A stretch of 63,233 bases of DNA, filler included, from Octopus bimaculoides (GCF_001194135.2; 5 parts of 4 records of this genome joined end to end with filler, not necessarily neighbours in it); one strand, 5' to 3'; counted from the first letter of the whole stretch, positions 30,310 to 43,170 are shown. Program-made: numbers and translations. The notes: generated by a model not told the origin, from the letters alone.

Positions 30310-31859
30310 TGTTGTATTCCTCTCGGGAGACTCGTAGAGAAAAGACGAGTTGTACAACTTAGTTATTACATTTATTTACTAATTACAAACAAAGAATGCA
30401 CTCACCGAATGTTCGTTATTAATAAACAAGAATCATGTCCTCGCTATATATATCAATAACCTTCGACTTCTACAGTCATTCAAAACAACAATGAAACAAG
30501 GACTTCAGATGAACCACATTGAATCAACGGGACCTCAGACGAACCACGAATCTAACAGTCCATATAACAGTAGTAGTAGCAGCAGCAGCAGCAGCAGTGG
30601 TTTTAGTGATTGAGGCAGTTTGTGTAACTCCTAAAATGATGGTATTGTTGTTCTTTATCTCATGCCCAGTTCTAATTAAAGCGTTTTAATGATGACCATC
30701 CCATCTAATTTTTAGATAATGCATCCTTACTTTAAGATAAAATATACTTTGAGGGGAATTTGGTTGTCATTTCTAACAGGTCTTGCGGCCGCGTACACAC
30801 CTTCGTTATTATTGTTTGTTGTTGTTGTATCACTTCAGCTTACGCCCTGATCGAGCTGTCCTTCGGCCCCACAGATCGTCGGCCGACACAACAAGGTCTG
30901 ACTCGGAGGCTCTTCTTCCTAGCTATTCCGCGTCTCTGCCTGACTGAGCAACGCATTAAGCACCCGAACCTGCAGCACTGAACGGTGTGTAACGTGACTG
31001 TTTGAACCCGTTGCGCATGCGCCACTCTCTAGTCCTCTGCTTCCCAAAGTGGTCGGTGCCGCCTCCTATTGGGGTGAGGTATGGTGGGGGGAGGCGTAAT
31101 TCACCTAGCTGGCGGATCCTCTCGCAACGTCGGTCCTTTCCAACCGGAATGTATCCCTAGGAGCCCCCTATGCCTACCCTCTGGTCAGAACCTAATGGCG
31201 AATTTCCTGGACTCACGTGACTACGATGTCCGTCTTGCTCGACAGCCTTGAAGCAAAAGAGGCCCACGCCGGTCATCCTTCCGCTCACATGACATCCCTC
31301 ACTCATTCTTCCAGCCAGGTTCCTCGGCCCTTCGCGTGCCGTTACTAACCCTATATTTCCCGTCCACGTCAGTTCCACATAGGGGAAGGCGAAAATCTTA
31401 TCGTAATGCTCAAGGGTGTTTTATATATATATATATATATATACCTGGGTGCTTGGAAGAGCATTTTGTAGTAACACTAATAGTGTTGGGGCTTGAAGCA
31501 TGTCCTGGTGGTCTTTCATTTTTGGTATTTCGTTGTATTCAAAAACGTGGCCTGTGTACAGCCCTGTGCACTGGCTCGGGAACGAAATTTACTCGAGAAG
31601 TCGGGTGGTACAAACCCAGGTTGAAAAAAAATTTCAAACGAGGTCAGGAGATCTTATTGTCATTTTATTTATCTATTTTTTTCCTTTGTTCTTTGAGAAG
31701 AAACCTAATTCAAGATACTTTTTGCAGATCCCATTTTTTATTCACTGTTTTCTAATCCCGAAAAAAGTAAGTAGAGACGCAAATTTTGATTTTGCACTCA
31801 ACCCCACAAACATTTTAGGAGGTTCGCTAGCACCCCTCTCTACCACTGTTCCCGGGCCC

Positions 31860-32150
31860 ATGTCCTTGTGCATAATGTGTTGTGCAGTGTTCTTGTAACT
31901 TATTGTTGTTTGTTGGGGGAGGCATTGGGACCCTAACTAGGACTGGCTAAGTCCACCGCCGATCTAGTATATTACTTATGCACCTTTGTGGTCTGTAGTT
32001 GGAGAGATTGGGGATCCAGCTAAGATTGGCAACGCCTACCATGGATCTAAAATAGTTTGTATACCATTGTGGTTTGTTGTGGTGAGATTAGCGGCCCAGG
32101 TAGAGCTGTCAAAGTCCACCGTGGATCTAATATATTGTTTGTACACCATT
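31860..32150 (-). mobile_element. I/Jockey-type LINE RT C-terminal fragment, locally triplicated
   Basis: The minus strand reads VYKQYIRSTVDFDSSTWAANLTTTNH and continues NKLQ..NTAQHI, resembling YK.FIRS.LDYASPAW..LS.TN..KLQ.IQN.ALR. It is built of three diverged 81-82-bp units. Confidence 0.55.
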
Positions 32151-32454
32151 ACTGCTGTTTTTTTTCTCCTACCCAGATGTGCGACCTGTAATTCTTCTAA
32201 ACATCTTCGTCGCTTTATTTTCTTTGAGTCTCCAACTGAATAGCTCTGAGTATTTCTTTCTTTTTTGTGACAGCTTTGAGTATCCAGTCATTTTCTCCCT
32301 CCTTCCGTCTTTCTTTGTTTCTTTGTTTTTCTTTTTGTTTTTTCTTTCTCTTTCTTCCTTCATTTACTTTTTGCATTGACTTCTGCTGACATTTATTCAT
32401 TCATCACGTTCTTCCTTCCTTCATTTTTTTCATCGTTTTCTTCATTCATTCAGT

Positions 32455-33864
32455 AATTCAAAAAAATGAACGAATGCAAAAATAAAAAGGGAAAGAAATC
32501 AACAAAGAAATGACTGAATCAAGGAAAGAAAGGAGAGAAATAAGATGAATAAACGAATGAAAAGACGAAGAGGCGAAGGAAATAATAATGAGAAATAAAA
32601 ACAATGAAGAATGGACGAGCGAAAGAAAGAAAAAACCGCAAAGGAAAATAAATGAATCAAAGAACAAAGAAGAAATGAATGGGAGAAAGAAGAATGAAAG
32701 AAGGAAGGAAAAAATAAATGAAGGAATGGCGGAAAGAATGAAAGAAATGAAGGAATAGAAGGAAGAAAGGAAAGTGTAAAGGAAGAATGGAAGAAAAATG
32801 AGGGAAGGAAGGAAAAATGAAGGAATGGACAGAAGAAGAAAAGAATCATAAATGAGAGAAGGAAGAAAAATAAATGAAAGAATAGAAGAAAGAAAAGAAT
32901 GAGGGAAAGAAGGAAAAATAAATGAAGGAATGGAAAGAAGGAAAGAATGAGAGAAGGAAGGAAAAAATAAATGAAGGAATGGAAAGAAGGAAAGAGTGGG
33001 GGAAGGGGGGAATACATGGAGGGAAGGAAAGAAATGAAGGAAAGGCAGGAAGAAGAATAAACGAAGAATGGAAGGAAGAAACAAAGAAGCGTAAATGAGA
33101 GAAGGAAAGGAAAGAATAAATGAAGGAATAGAAAGAAGAAAAGAGTGAGGGGGGGGGGAAATAAATGAAGGAATAGAAAGGAAAAAGTGAGGGGAGGAAA
33201 AGAAGAATCAATGAAGGAATGAAGGGAAGAATAAATGAACCAATGAATGAAAGAAAAATAAAAGAATGATAAAATTCTGTGANNNNNNNNNNNNNNNNNN
33301 NNNNNNNNNNNNNNNNNNNNNNNNNNNNNNNNNNNNNNNNNNNNNNNNNNNNNNNNNNNNNNNNNNNNNNNNNNNNNNNNNNNNNNNNNNNNNNNNNNNN
33401 NNNNNNNNNNNNNNNNNNNNNNNNNNNNNNNNNNNNNNNNNNNNNNNNNNNNNNNNNNNNNNNNNNNNNNNNNNNNNNNNNNNNNNNNNNNNNNNNNNNN
33501 NNNNNNNNNNNNNNNNNNNNNNNNNNNNNNNTGATTGAGGGAGGGAGAGAAAGAGAGAGAGAATGTAGAATGATAGAAAAAGAGTGAAGGAGAAAGAACA
33601 GAGGTGAGCCGTATGAAGCACAAGTCCCCCTCTCTCTCTATCTCTTTCTTTCTCTATCTCTCTCTTTCTTTCTTTCTCTCTCTCTCTTTCTTTCTTTCTC
33701 TCTCTCTCTCTCTTTCTTTCCCTATCTTTCTTTCTTTCTCTCTCTCTCTATCTCTCTTTATTTCTCTATCTTTCTTTCTTTCTCTCTCTCTCTATCTCTC
33801 TTTATTTCTCTCTCTCTCTATCTCTCTTTCTTTCTCTCTCTCACTCTCTCTCTTTCTTTCTTTC

Positions 33865-33895
<31 letters not shown>

Positions 33896-33910
33896 CTCTC
33901 TCTCTTTCTT

Positions 33911-33945
<35 letters not shown>

Positions 33946-34032
33946 TTCTTTCTCTCTCTCTTTCTTTCTCTCTCTCTTTCTTTCTCTCTTTTTCTTTCTC
34001 TCTCTCTTTCTTTCTCTCTCTCTGTCTTTCTT

Positions 34033-34063
<31 letters not shown>

Positions 34064-34080
34064 CTCTCTCTTTCTTTCTT

Positions 34081-34120
<40 letters not shown>
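32455..34120. repeat. Purine-rich degenerate ~50-bp repeat (aaataaatgaaggaatggaaagaaggaaag..) followed by a (TC/TTTC)n tract
   Basis: The motif recurs at ~32710, 32870, 32915, 32965, 33115 and 33160; the pyrimidine tract spans 33625-34120. Confidence 0.85.
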
Positions 34121-34136
<16 letters not shown>

Positions 34137-35731
34137 GAGATAGAGAGAGATGAGAAGAGGAAGGAGTAACATTTAAAAAGAGACAGGGTGTGGAAGAGTG
34201 AGTAGAGAGCGAAAGAAAATGAAGGAATTAAAGATGAAAAATATGAAAGAGGAAACGGAATGAAATGAAAGATGGACATAGAGAGAGAGAAGAGAAGAGA
34301 AAATGGTAAGGAGAGAGAGAGAGAAACGAAAGAGAAGAAGTGAAAAAGACAGGTCGATGAGAAGAAACGGAGAAAGGATAGAGAGGGGGAAAGAGAGTAA
34401 GGATAGGAATGGAAGCTGAGAGTGAGAGTGAGAGTGAAGTCTATGTAAATGTGAGGGAGTATGAAGAGAGTGAAGGATTTAGATTGTGTGTCNNNNNNNN
34501 NNNNNNGGCGTGATAGACAGTTAGAGAGAGGTAGGAATAATAGTTGCAGAGAGAGGGGTGAGTGCCAGAGAGGTAGTGAGAGAGGTGGGAATAATAGACA
34601 GTTAGAGAGACGGGGTGAATGATAAATAGACAAGAAGGAAGAGAAAGGGAGTTTATAGGCAGATAGGTAGAAAGATAGATAAAGAAATGTGATGGACGAA
34701 AGATAGAAAGCGTATGTTGAAGGCGAAACTGCGAACTGGAAGGAGAGAGACATGGGAAAGGCGTGTGACGGAGGATAAGGAGAAGAAGAAGGTAGCGCAG
34801 GCGTAATGAAGGTCGGGAGAAAAAGAGAATGAAAAACCCCTCTAATGGCCTGAAGGACGATCTGGCATTCGCGAAGAGGTTATGAAAGGTGAAAGCGAAT
34901 CTGCAATTAAAAGAACTAACGAGAACATGAGACATTAAAACAAGCGCGTAGCGGTGTTTCTACACCTGCCTTCCATGTTGCCATGAAAAGTCACCTAATT
35001 GCACAGATGTGAATATTTGCATGCATCAATGCAAATTTGGAGAATCATTGCAGTTTGCAGCAGAGACGCAACCACTGAACCGAACCAGGTTCATTTTACA
35101 CTCGTGGATTGATCTAAAGCACGAATCGTTAATAATGGTTTCGTTTCACTAAACACAATGCAGATCTTTGCTAAAGATATATATATANNNNNNNNNNNNN
35201 NNNNNNNNNNNNNNNNNNNNNNNNNNNNNNNNNNNNNNNNNNNNNNNNNNNNNNNNNNNNNNNNNNNNNNNNNNNNNNNNNNNNNNNNNNNNNNNNNNNN
35301 NNNNNNNNNNNNNNNNNNNNNNNNNNNNNNNNNNNNNNNNNNNNNNNNNNNNNNNNNNNNNNNNNNNNNNNNNNNNNNNNNNNNNNNNNNNNNNNNNNNN
35401 NNNNNNNNNNNNNNNNNNNNNNNNNNNNNNNNNNNNNNNNNNNNNNNNNNNNNNNNNNNNNNNNNNNNNNNNNNNNNNNNNNNNNNNNNNNNNNNNNNNN
35501 NNNNNNNNNNNNNNNNNNNNNNNNNNNNNNNNNNNNNNNNNNNNNNNNNNNNNNNNNNNNNNNNNNNNNNNNNNNNNNNNNNNNNNNNNNNNNNNNNNNN
35601 NNNNNNNNNNNNNNNNNNNNNNNNNNNNNNNNNNNNNNNNNNNNNNNNNNNNNNNNNNNNNNNNNNNNNNNNNNNNNNNNNNNNNNNNNNNNNNNNNNNN
35701 NNNNNNNNNNNNNNNNNNNNNNNNNNNNNNT

Positions 35732-35990
35732 AACTACCAGACTTTAAAACAAAAAGTACTGGGCTCAGTTCGTTCGACTAAAGTTCTCCAAGGTGGTGCC
35801 CCAGCATGGCCGCAATCTGACTGAAACAAGTAAAAGATACATACAACGGGCTTCTTCTAGTTTCCGTCTACCATATCCAGTCACAAGGCTTTGGTCGGTC
35901 CGAGGAATGGTGGGAATCTGCCCGAGATACCATGCAGAGAGACTGAACCTGGAACCATATGGTTGGGAAGCAAGCTTCTAACCGCAAAGG
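35732..35990. mobile_element. SINE family A tail (+) abutting a family A head (-)
   Basis: ccccagcatggccgca..gaaacaagtaaaaga followed by the reverse complement of the head. Confidence 0.7.
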
Positions 35991-36419
35991 CACGCACGCA
36001 CACACACCAAATCACAGCCGTCACTCACGAGCGAGTATGACTTGGTAGTAAGTGCTTTGCTTTCATTAACTATTTTCGGTGTCTGTGATGTAGTCACAAG
36101 CAGACACTGATATTTTTAACGAGCAGCAAAGGAAATGATGGAAAATACAGCAGGAAAAAATATATACAACGGAATAGATTAGAAGATAGAAGTATGCCGA
36201 AAATAAACTAGCACAACAAACATGGTCCAGTGCTTGTTGTTGTGTTGTGGCGTGTATGCCTCGATGATCCTAAGAGAGGTGATAGAGGAGTGCCAGCTAT
36301 GCTCGATAGGTCAAGAGATTGGAGCCAGACTTATATGGACCACCTCTTCCCCAGGGTGAGAATGAATTTTTTTTAGGACCATCTATCTATAAAACTAGCA
36401 AAGTTATAGAAGTATCGAT

Positions 36420-36613
36420 GACAATTCAAAGCCAAAACCTGGAAGTGGAGGGCTTTTCTTCAGGAAAACATATGACGCGGTGCTGCAAAATCCGAAAGAA
36501 CTACAAGGAAGCAGGGATTCAATTGGAGAGAATTAAAAGACAGCTCGGTCGAAAACGACAGGGAAAAATCGTCGATGGCCAATGCTCCATAGAGAGCGAA
36601 GGGCTTAAGTAGA
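36420..36613 (+). mobile_element. RTE-clade LINE 3' end remnant
   Basis: Frameshifted GFNWRELK / IVDGQCSIESEGLK* resembles the RTE C-terminus (G..W.EL...AQDR..W..VDGLCS..SEGLK*). Confidence 0.55.
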
Positions 36614-37196
36614 TAACGCGCATGATCCAATGGTTAGAGGAAATTTTACCTTAAACATTTTTGCCGAAAGAAAATTCGGCATAAAAAATATTAATAAATT
36701 GAAAAAAGAAAAAAAATAATAATAACCATAGCTGTTAAAATTTTGATTTCATCAACTAACCTACAAATTAGAGAAAGGTGATTTCTTTAAAATGAGTTCT
36801 CTGGTTTTTAATCTGAAATTTTCTACTGCAAAAATGTTGAATTTTCCAGACAATGATCCAATATGACTGCCGGTGAATAAATATCATATAACAAAAACGG
36901 CTGGGTAACTCATAAACTCCTAGAAGCGATAAAGACTCTGATATCTTAACGATTATATATGTATCGCCAGCAGCCAATGACCCAAACCAATAATCTACTG
37001 GCGAAAATATGAATTTCCTGCTGACAAAAGCCTATGAAATCTCAAAAGCTCCATCTCAATAGTTTGTTTATGAACAATATACAAAGCCACCATATCTATG
37101 CGATTCAACAGAGTTGAGTTGCTTATTTGGAGAATATCTTCCTTGAAGATTAGGAAAGAGACATATAATTTAAAGAATACGAGAATATTCTATACT

Positions 37197-37660
37197 TGCG
37201 TAGCTGTGTGGTAAAGCTTGCTTCTCAACCACATGTTTTTGGGTTCAGTCCCACTGCGTGGCACCTTGGGCAAGTGTTTTCTACTATAGCCTCGGACCAT
37301 CCAAAGCCTTGTGAGTGGATTTGGTAGACGGAAACTGGCAAAATCCTGTAATATATATATATATATATATATATAGCAGAAGACACTTGCCCAAGGTGCC
37401 ACGCAGTGGGACTGAATTTGGAACCATGTGGTTGGGACTCAAGCTTCTTACCATACAGCCACGTGTTTGTCCCCAACAACCGATGTTGGTGTCTTTATGC
37501 CCCGTAACTTGGCGATTCGGCGAAAGAGACCGATAGAATAAGTAACAAGCTTAGAAAAAATACGTACTGGGGTCGATTCATTTCGCTAAAAAAAAGTCTT
37601 CAAGGCGGTGCCCCAGCATGGTCGCAGTGTATTGACTGAAATAAATGAGAGATAAAAGAT
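37197..37660 (+). mobile_element. SINE family A with an inverted second head inside
   Basis: Head (+) 37197-37350, then (TA)n, head (-) ~37375-37462, and tail (+) 37463-37660. Confidence 0.85.
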
Positions 37661-38122
37661 TAGTAAGTCTGAAGAAGACGTTTTAAGGAGATTCCTCTCC
37701 CTTACTCGATGTCTGTCCAGTCCTGAATCGTTGAAACTTTGGTAAATTGAGCAGCAATGAAAGACAGCAGAAGAAATATAAAACCTAACCCCAACCGGCT
37801 GTAATTATCGAGGACAGCCTTTAACGGTGCAGCGTAACACAATTCTGGATATCGGAGACAGTAAATATAGACAAAACAGACTTGCAACTAAAGTAGTGCA
37901 TCGAAAGACACCGTTTGAAAACAGGAAGTATCGGTAGAACTGCAAGATGAGGAAGAGAATCAGCCATATATACATATGAGGTATTTTTCAAGGAGACTCC
38001 TTTTACTCTACGGTAGGTTCTGTCTAGCTCTGACTCCGTTAACTTGTTGAATTAAACCACAGTCGGTTACAAATGTTAAGAACAAATTATAAACCATCTC
38101 CTTCATATGGTTAATTTTAAGT

Positions 38123-38513
38123 CGGTGGGTTTTAAAACTTAAAAAAAAATTTTTTTAACCTGGGGACCCCTTTGATTACTATTTTGCTCTGGTGGACTTC
38201 CATTTGCATTCAATGTTGAGATACTAGTTTTAATTATATTTCTTTCAAAATTCCAATTATATTTCTTTAATATTCCCATTTTGTTTTTCACCCAATACCT
38301 TGCAAATGTTGTAACAGAACTCTCTGAGAAACCATATTCCAGTTGCTGGAATCCTGTTGAACTACGTAAAACGTTAGAGAACGAAACCAAGTTGTTTCTG
38401 GCAATAAATTCGTCAAAGCAAAATTTTTTTTTCATTAACCTCTTCACTATTTTGCTTGTGTGAACCCCTAAAAATTTTCTCCAGAGGTCATGTGGACCCC
38501 AGTTGAGAGCTGA
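38123..38513. mobile_element. Possible hAT-type non-autonomous element
   Basis: Imperfect inverted ends (cggtgggttttaaaactt..aacctggggacccc / ggaccccagttgagagc) resemble CAGTGGTTCTCAA-type termini. No TSD recognised. Confidence 0.3.
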
Positions 38514-39082
38514 TTTAATTTTATAGCCACAACCAGCTGGGGCATCTACTTGAGACTGGCCAGAGATTTAACCATGGCAAGAAAAAAGACACAGATTAGA
38601 CAAATGTTTTAAAACTACCGCACAAAAGGCAAATAAATTAAAACACTTAAGCATTGCATTAAGAGACTGCAATTATAGAATTAAAATATAATTGCTTAGG
38701 AGTGAATGAAGGGGATAAGATACAATAGTTAGAAGCGAAAACGGAACTAAAAACGTGCCAGATTAATATTACAAATGGAGCTCAAAATGTGAAATATGAT
38801 TATGGATAAAAATACACTAAATCCTCAATTATTAACTCCACTTCAATAGAATAAATTAGAAGTGACGTGAAGTGCTGTACCACCAGTCTTTGAAAAAATA
38901 GTCCTGGGGTCGATTTGTTCGACGAAAAGCCCGTCATGGCGGTGCTCCAGCATGGCTTCAGCACAATGTCTGAAACAAATAAAATAAAAGATATTAAGTA
39001 TATGAAAAGATAATCCTTATCTTCTTTCGTTAATCCGGAAGATGGGACAGAGATATGATGAATCAATAGAAAAGCCATTGGC

Positions 39083-39297
39083 AAGGTGGCGAACTGGCAG
39101 AACCGTTAGCACGCCGGACAAAATGCTTAGCGGCATTTCGTCCGTCTGCACGTTCTGAGTTCAAATTCCGTCGAGGTCGACTTTGCCTTTCATCCTTTCG
39201 GAGTCGATGAAATAAGTACCAGTTACGCACTGAGGTCGATGTATTCGACTAGCCTCCTCCCCGAAACTGCTGGCTTTCAACCATAATTTGAAACCAA
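39083..39297 (+). mobile_element. SINE family D
   Basis: ggcgaactggcagaaccgttagc head and gcctttcatcctttcggagtcgatgaaataagtaccag central domain. Confidence 0.9.
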
Positions 39298-39695
39298 AAT
39301 GAGAGCCAATGATGGCTCAAAGATTCTGAGCAGAAGCAAAAGATCTGCGACAATAAAAACCAATCAAATTGAACGCCTGACCACAAAAATCAATGAATGG
39401 AAGAAACGAACGGAAAAGCGAGCCTCATTAGAGTAATCAGATGAACCTGCTAGAAAGAGCAGCTAAATTTCCATCAAATCATTCTATAGCGTCTTGAAAA
39501 GAGAGAGAGAAAAAAGAAAGACATTAGATGATGAGAGAATGTAAGATGTGCTGGTCATGGCTGGATGGAATGTCTTGACCGTGTGCCTGCTCAATGAAGG
39601 GGCAACCTAGGTAGAGCGTTTCTGCTACTATTGCTCATGTTACTATTACTACTACAGCGACTACTGCTGCTCTTGCGAATACTGCTACTACTATG

Positions 39696-39747
<52 letters not shown>

Positions 39748-40053
39748 GACTAAATACTGAGCCTAGAATTAAGCAGAGAACATTAAGAATCCGACATTAA
39801 GAGCCGAAATGATTTTGCCGCCGGGCAAACTCGGTTTTTAACCAATGAAGAAAAAGAAGAAGAAGAAGAAACTAACTTCAGCTGCAGACATTTATAATCA
39901 TGGCGAAATTAGCGTTATAACACGTAGCCAAACCAGTACGTGATATTGTCATGGCTACGATGGTTTGGCGGAGACTTTGCAGCTTGTTCATGCTGACAAC
40001 GAGATCAAAAACAATAACTTTTTAATCTGATTGACGACACACACACACACACG

Positions 40054-40119
<66 letters not shown>

Positions 40120-40219
40120 NNNNNNNNNNNNNNNNNNNNNNNNNNNNNNNNNNNNNNNNNNNNTTAATTAATTAANNNNNNNNNNNNNNNNNNNNNNNNN
40201 NNNNNNNNNNNNNNNNNNN

Positions 40220-41037
40220 AATTACTGCTGAGCTTAATGACCATTTTGAGAACCTAGTTTCCACAAAAACTGTTCACCGGGAGCTACACAAAGCCGGATT
40301 TCAGGGGAGGGCTTCAATAAAAAAAATCACTACTTTCAAAAACAAATGTTGCAAAGCGTTTAGAGTGGAGTAAAAACATACAGAATTGGTCCACAGAGCA
40401 GTGAAAGAATGTTATTTTCTCGGACGAGTCATCCTTTACCTTATTTCAGACCACCGGCCTAGTATACGTGTGGAGTCAGCCAAAAGAAGCATTTGACCCA
40501 GACTGCCTTCTTCCAACTGTTAAACATGGAGGAGGATCTGTGATGATCTGGGGCGCTATATCTTGGAAATCCGCCGGTCCAATGGTTTCCCTTCACGGCA
40601 AAATTGATAGTTAAGACTATTTAAGCATTTTATGTTTTCAAATTCACCCTATGGTTGCGGAACTGTTTCCGAAGGGAAGCGCAATCTTTCGGGATGATAA
40701 TGCACCAATTCACACTGCTAAAGTTGTTACTGAATGGCACGAGGATGTTGAACATATCTGGCCACCACAGTCCCCAGATCTCAATATTATTGAACATTTA
40801 TGGTGCATTTTAGAAAAACAAGTAAGGAGTCGATATCCTTCACCATCACCACTACAAGAACTGGAGATTCTTTTAGCTGAAGAATGGACAAACATTCCTT
40901 TGGAAACAATTCAAACTTTGTACGAGTCCATACCTCGTAGAATTCAAGCTGTAATTACTCCAAAGGCGGTCCTACTCCATATTTAAATAAATTTGTTTGA
41001 AATTTTAAGGTGTTTCCATTATTTTCTCTAACCCCTG
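40220..41037 (+). mobile_element. Tc1-family transposon, transposase pseudogene with 3' TIR
   Basis: VIFSDES, PTVKHGGGSVMIWG, DDNAPIH and WPPQSPDLNIIEHLW motifs, with in-frame stops and a frameshift. Ends GGTGTTTCCATTATTTTCTCTAACCCCTG|TA. The 5' end is lost in the gap. Confidence 0.92.
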
Positions 41038-42316
41038 TACATACACGCGCACACATTGTCCCCTACAGATAATACACTGTGACTTGAAGTTTCGTACTCT
41101 GAAATACTTGACAATCACCAGATAGTGAAAACATAATTCGTTACGCGAATGCTAGCCAAATAAATGAATTTTTGATATTGTGTTTTGTCCTATCCCCTTA
41201 AATGTTTAGTGTAATATTAATAAAATCTTTATGGCCTTAATAAATAAAGATATCCCCGCCAATCCCCACCAACCTTCGGAATAAAAAGTTATTCAATAAA
41301 AATAACCTTAATCAAAATTATAGCTGCAGCAACAATATAAAAAAATATGACTTTACAACAAGCCAAACCAAGTCTATTAACTGAGTCTAACTGTATATGC
41401 AGAAATACTAACACTTAATAAGTCAAGCAAGCTGAAACGATTATCTGCAACACAGAAGTCACTTTCACCAAAGCAAACCCCGCAAAAATTCTGTGTAAAT
41501 TCTGTGTAAGTATAGTGTAATGTAAATTTAAACAACGACACTTCAACCATATTTCTTCCTGCAGAAATATAGAAAAGATGAAAGCAGCAAAATTATCCAA
41601 TTACATCTAGTATTTGATATAACATATTACTGCATTCGACATCAAGTGGAAGATCCTCGAGATAATAATGAACGTAAAGTGTTGAGAGTTTTACTGATGG
41701 TTCTGTCAAAATGTATATACACACATATATGTATTGATTATTTTGAATAAAAGTTTTCTATCTCCTGCTTACTTTGTCAGGCAAAACTGAAGAGTAAGTA
41801 TCTTCCCATGAGGTGAGTTATTTAATGCTAGACACCAACTTGGTATTTAACTCAGAGATAACACACAACACACATAAACGGACACACGCGCCCGCACACA
41901 CATACACAAATAAATGTGTACTTATAAATATGTATCATGGTAAATCTAATGTTATTTTAACATTCATTTTTAATGCCTTTAGTTAAATTTGTCAAAATCT
42001 ACAATGTCGGTTGGATAAATATAGCAAGTTCAATTGTTTATTTTTATACATTTATAATTATTCTTACACATTGTTTAAATTGATAAAAATTAAGCAAATT
42101 AGTGACCAGCAAAGTATTATTCAAGCAAACTAGACCAACTGGTTTACTAAAGCAGCTACATAAAATGGCTACGAATAGCAATGAACAATGTAATGAATCT
42201 TCTTCGGTCTCTCTCTCTTTTTTTTATTAGATTCGTGTCTTTGGCTCATCGTTGAAATGTATCTTCATTGTGTTAGTTCTATAAGAATTTCCATGGTCAT
42301 TGCTCTAATGACCTCT

Positions 42317-42624
42317 CTGGTCAAGTACCCTCTGTCGAGGCCTTTAAACATGTCACCCGCTTCTCTTCCCTGGTCAAGTACCCTCTGTCGAGGCCTTTAA
42401 ACATGTCACCCACTTCTCTTCCCTGGTCAAGTACCCTCTGTCGAGGCCTTTAAACATGTCACCNNNNNNNNNNGTACCCTCTGTCGAGGCCTTTAAACAA
42501 TTCACCCGCTTCTCTTCCCTGGTCAAGTACCATCTGTCGAGGCCTTTAAACAATTCACCCGCTTCTCTTCCCTGGTCAAGTACCCTCTGTCGAGGCCTTT
42601 AAACATGTCACCCGCTTCTTTTTC
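42317..42624. repeat. 53-bp minisatellite, at least 6 copies (interrupted by 10 N)
   Basis: Unit ctggtcaagtaccctctgtcgaggcctttaaacatgtcacccgcttctcttcc starts at 42317, 42370, 42423, 42519 and 42572. Confidence 0.95.
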
Positions 42625-43110
42625 CGGGTACATAGTCTCTCTATTTAACTTTCTGTAAGTGTATTTCTATTCTCATAACTTTTCCCTCGGGATGTTGCTT
42701 TCTAGAACACGCTACCATCGTCTTATTTTCCTCTGCTGTATGGCATTCAGTCCTTCAAGCTTTCAGTCAATTGACATCTTTTAGGTTTGTAGGCCCTTTC
42801 TTTTCCTTCTCTGTAGTCCCTTACGCTACAGCGGTGTCAAGCCTTATTTCGGAAAAAATCGTATACAAAAAAAAAAAAAAAGAGGTAAGTCCATGATTTC
42901 CAGAAATGAACACCCAAATAAGTCTGAAACCAGAACAACGGGCATTTAATAACATTTTTCAAAAGTCACATCAGCATCAGCTAAGCATATTAGATTTACC
43001 TTAAATAGAACAGGGTGATGAATCACAGTTTATGCTGTCTCTGGACATGTAAGAATGTATGTATGTATGTATGTGTGCGTGTATGTGTGTATGTATGTAT
43101 CCATCCGTCC

Positions 43111-43170
<60 letters not shown>

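Noticed and set aside
32458-34143. F/S/L-rich 'membrane protein' ORFs
   Set aside because: Produced by the purine/pyrimidine low-complexity tract.
36319-36612. 97-aa ORF as a host gene
   Set aside because: Its 3' part is a frameshifted RTE LINE tail, and it has no splice support.
38139-38447. 102-aa minus-strand ORF
   Set aside because: No recognisable motif; it lies within a probable non-autonomous DNA element.
42317-42624. CRISPR-like array
   Set aside because: Contiguous tandem units with no unique spacers, in a eukaryotic context.
42817-42890. Possible exon ending AAAGAG|gtaagt
   Set aside because: It is dominated by an A-homopolymer and shows no FHAD1 similarity.
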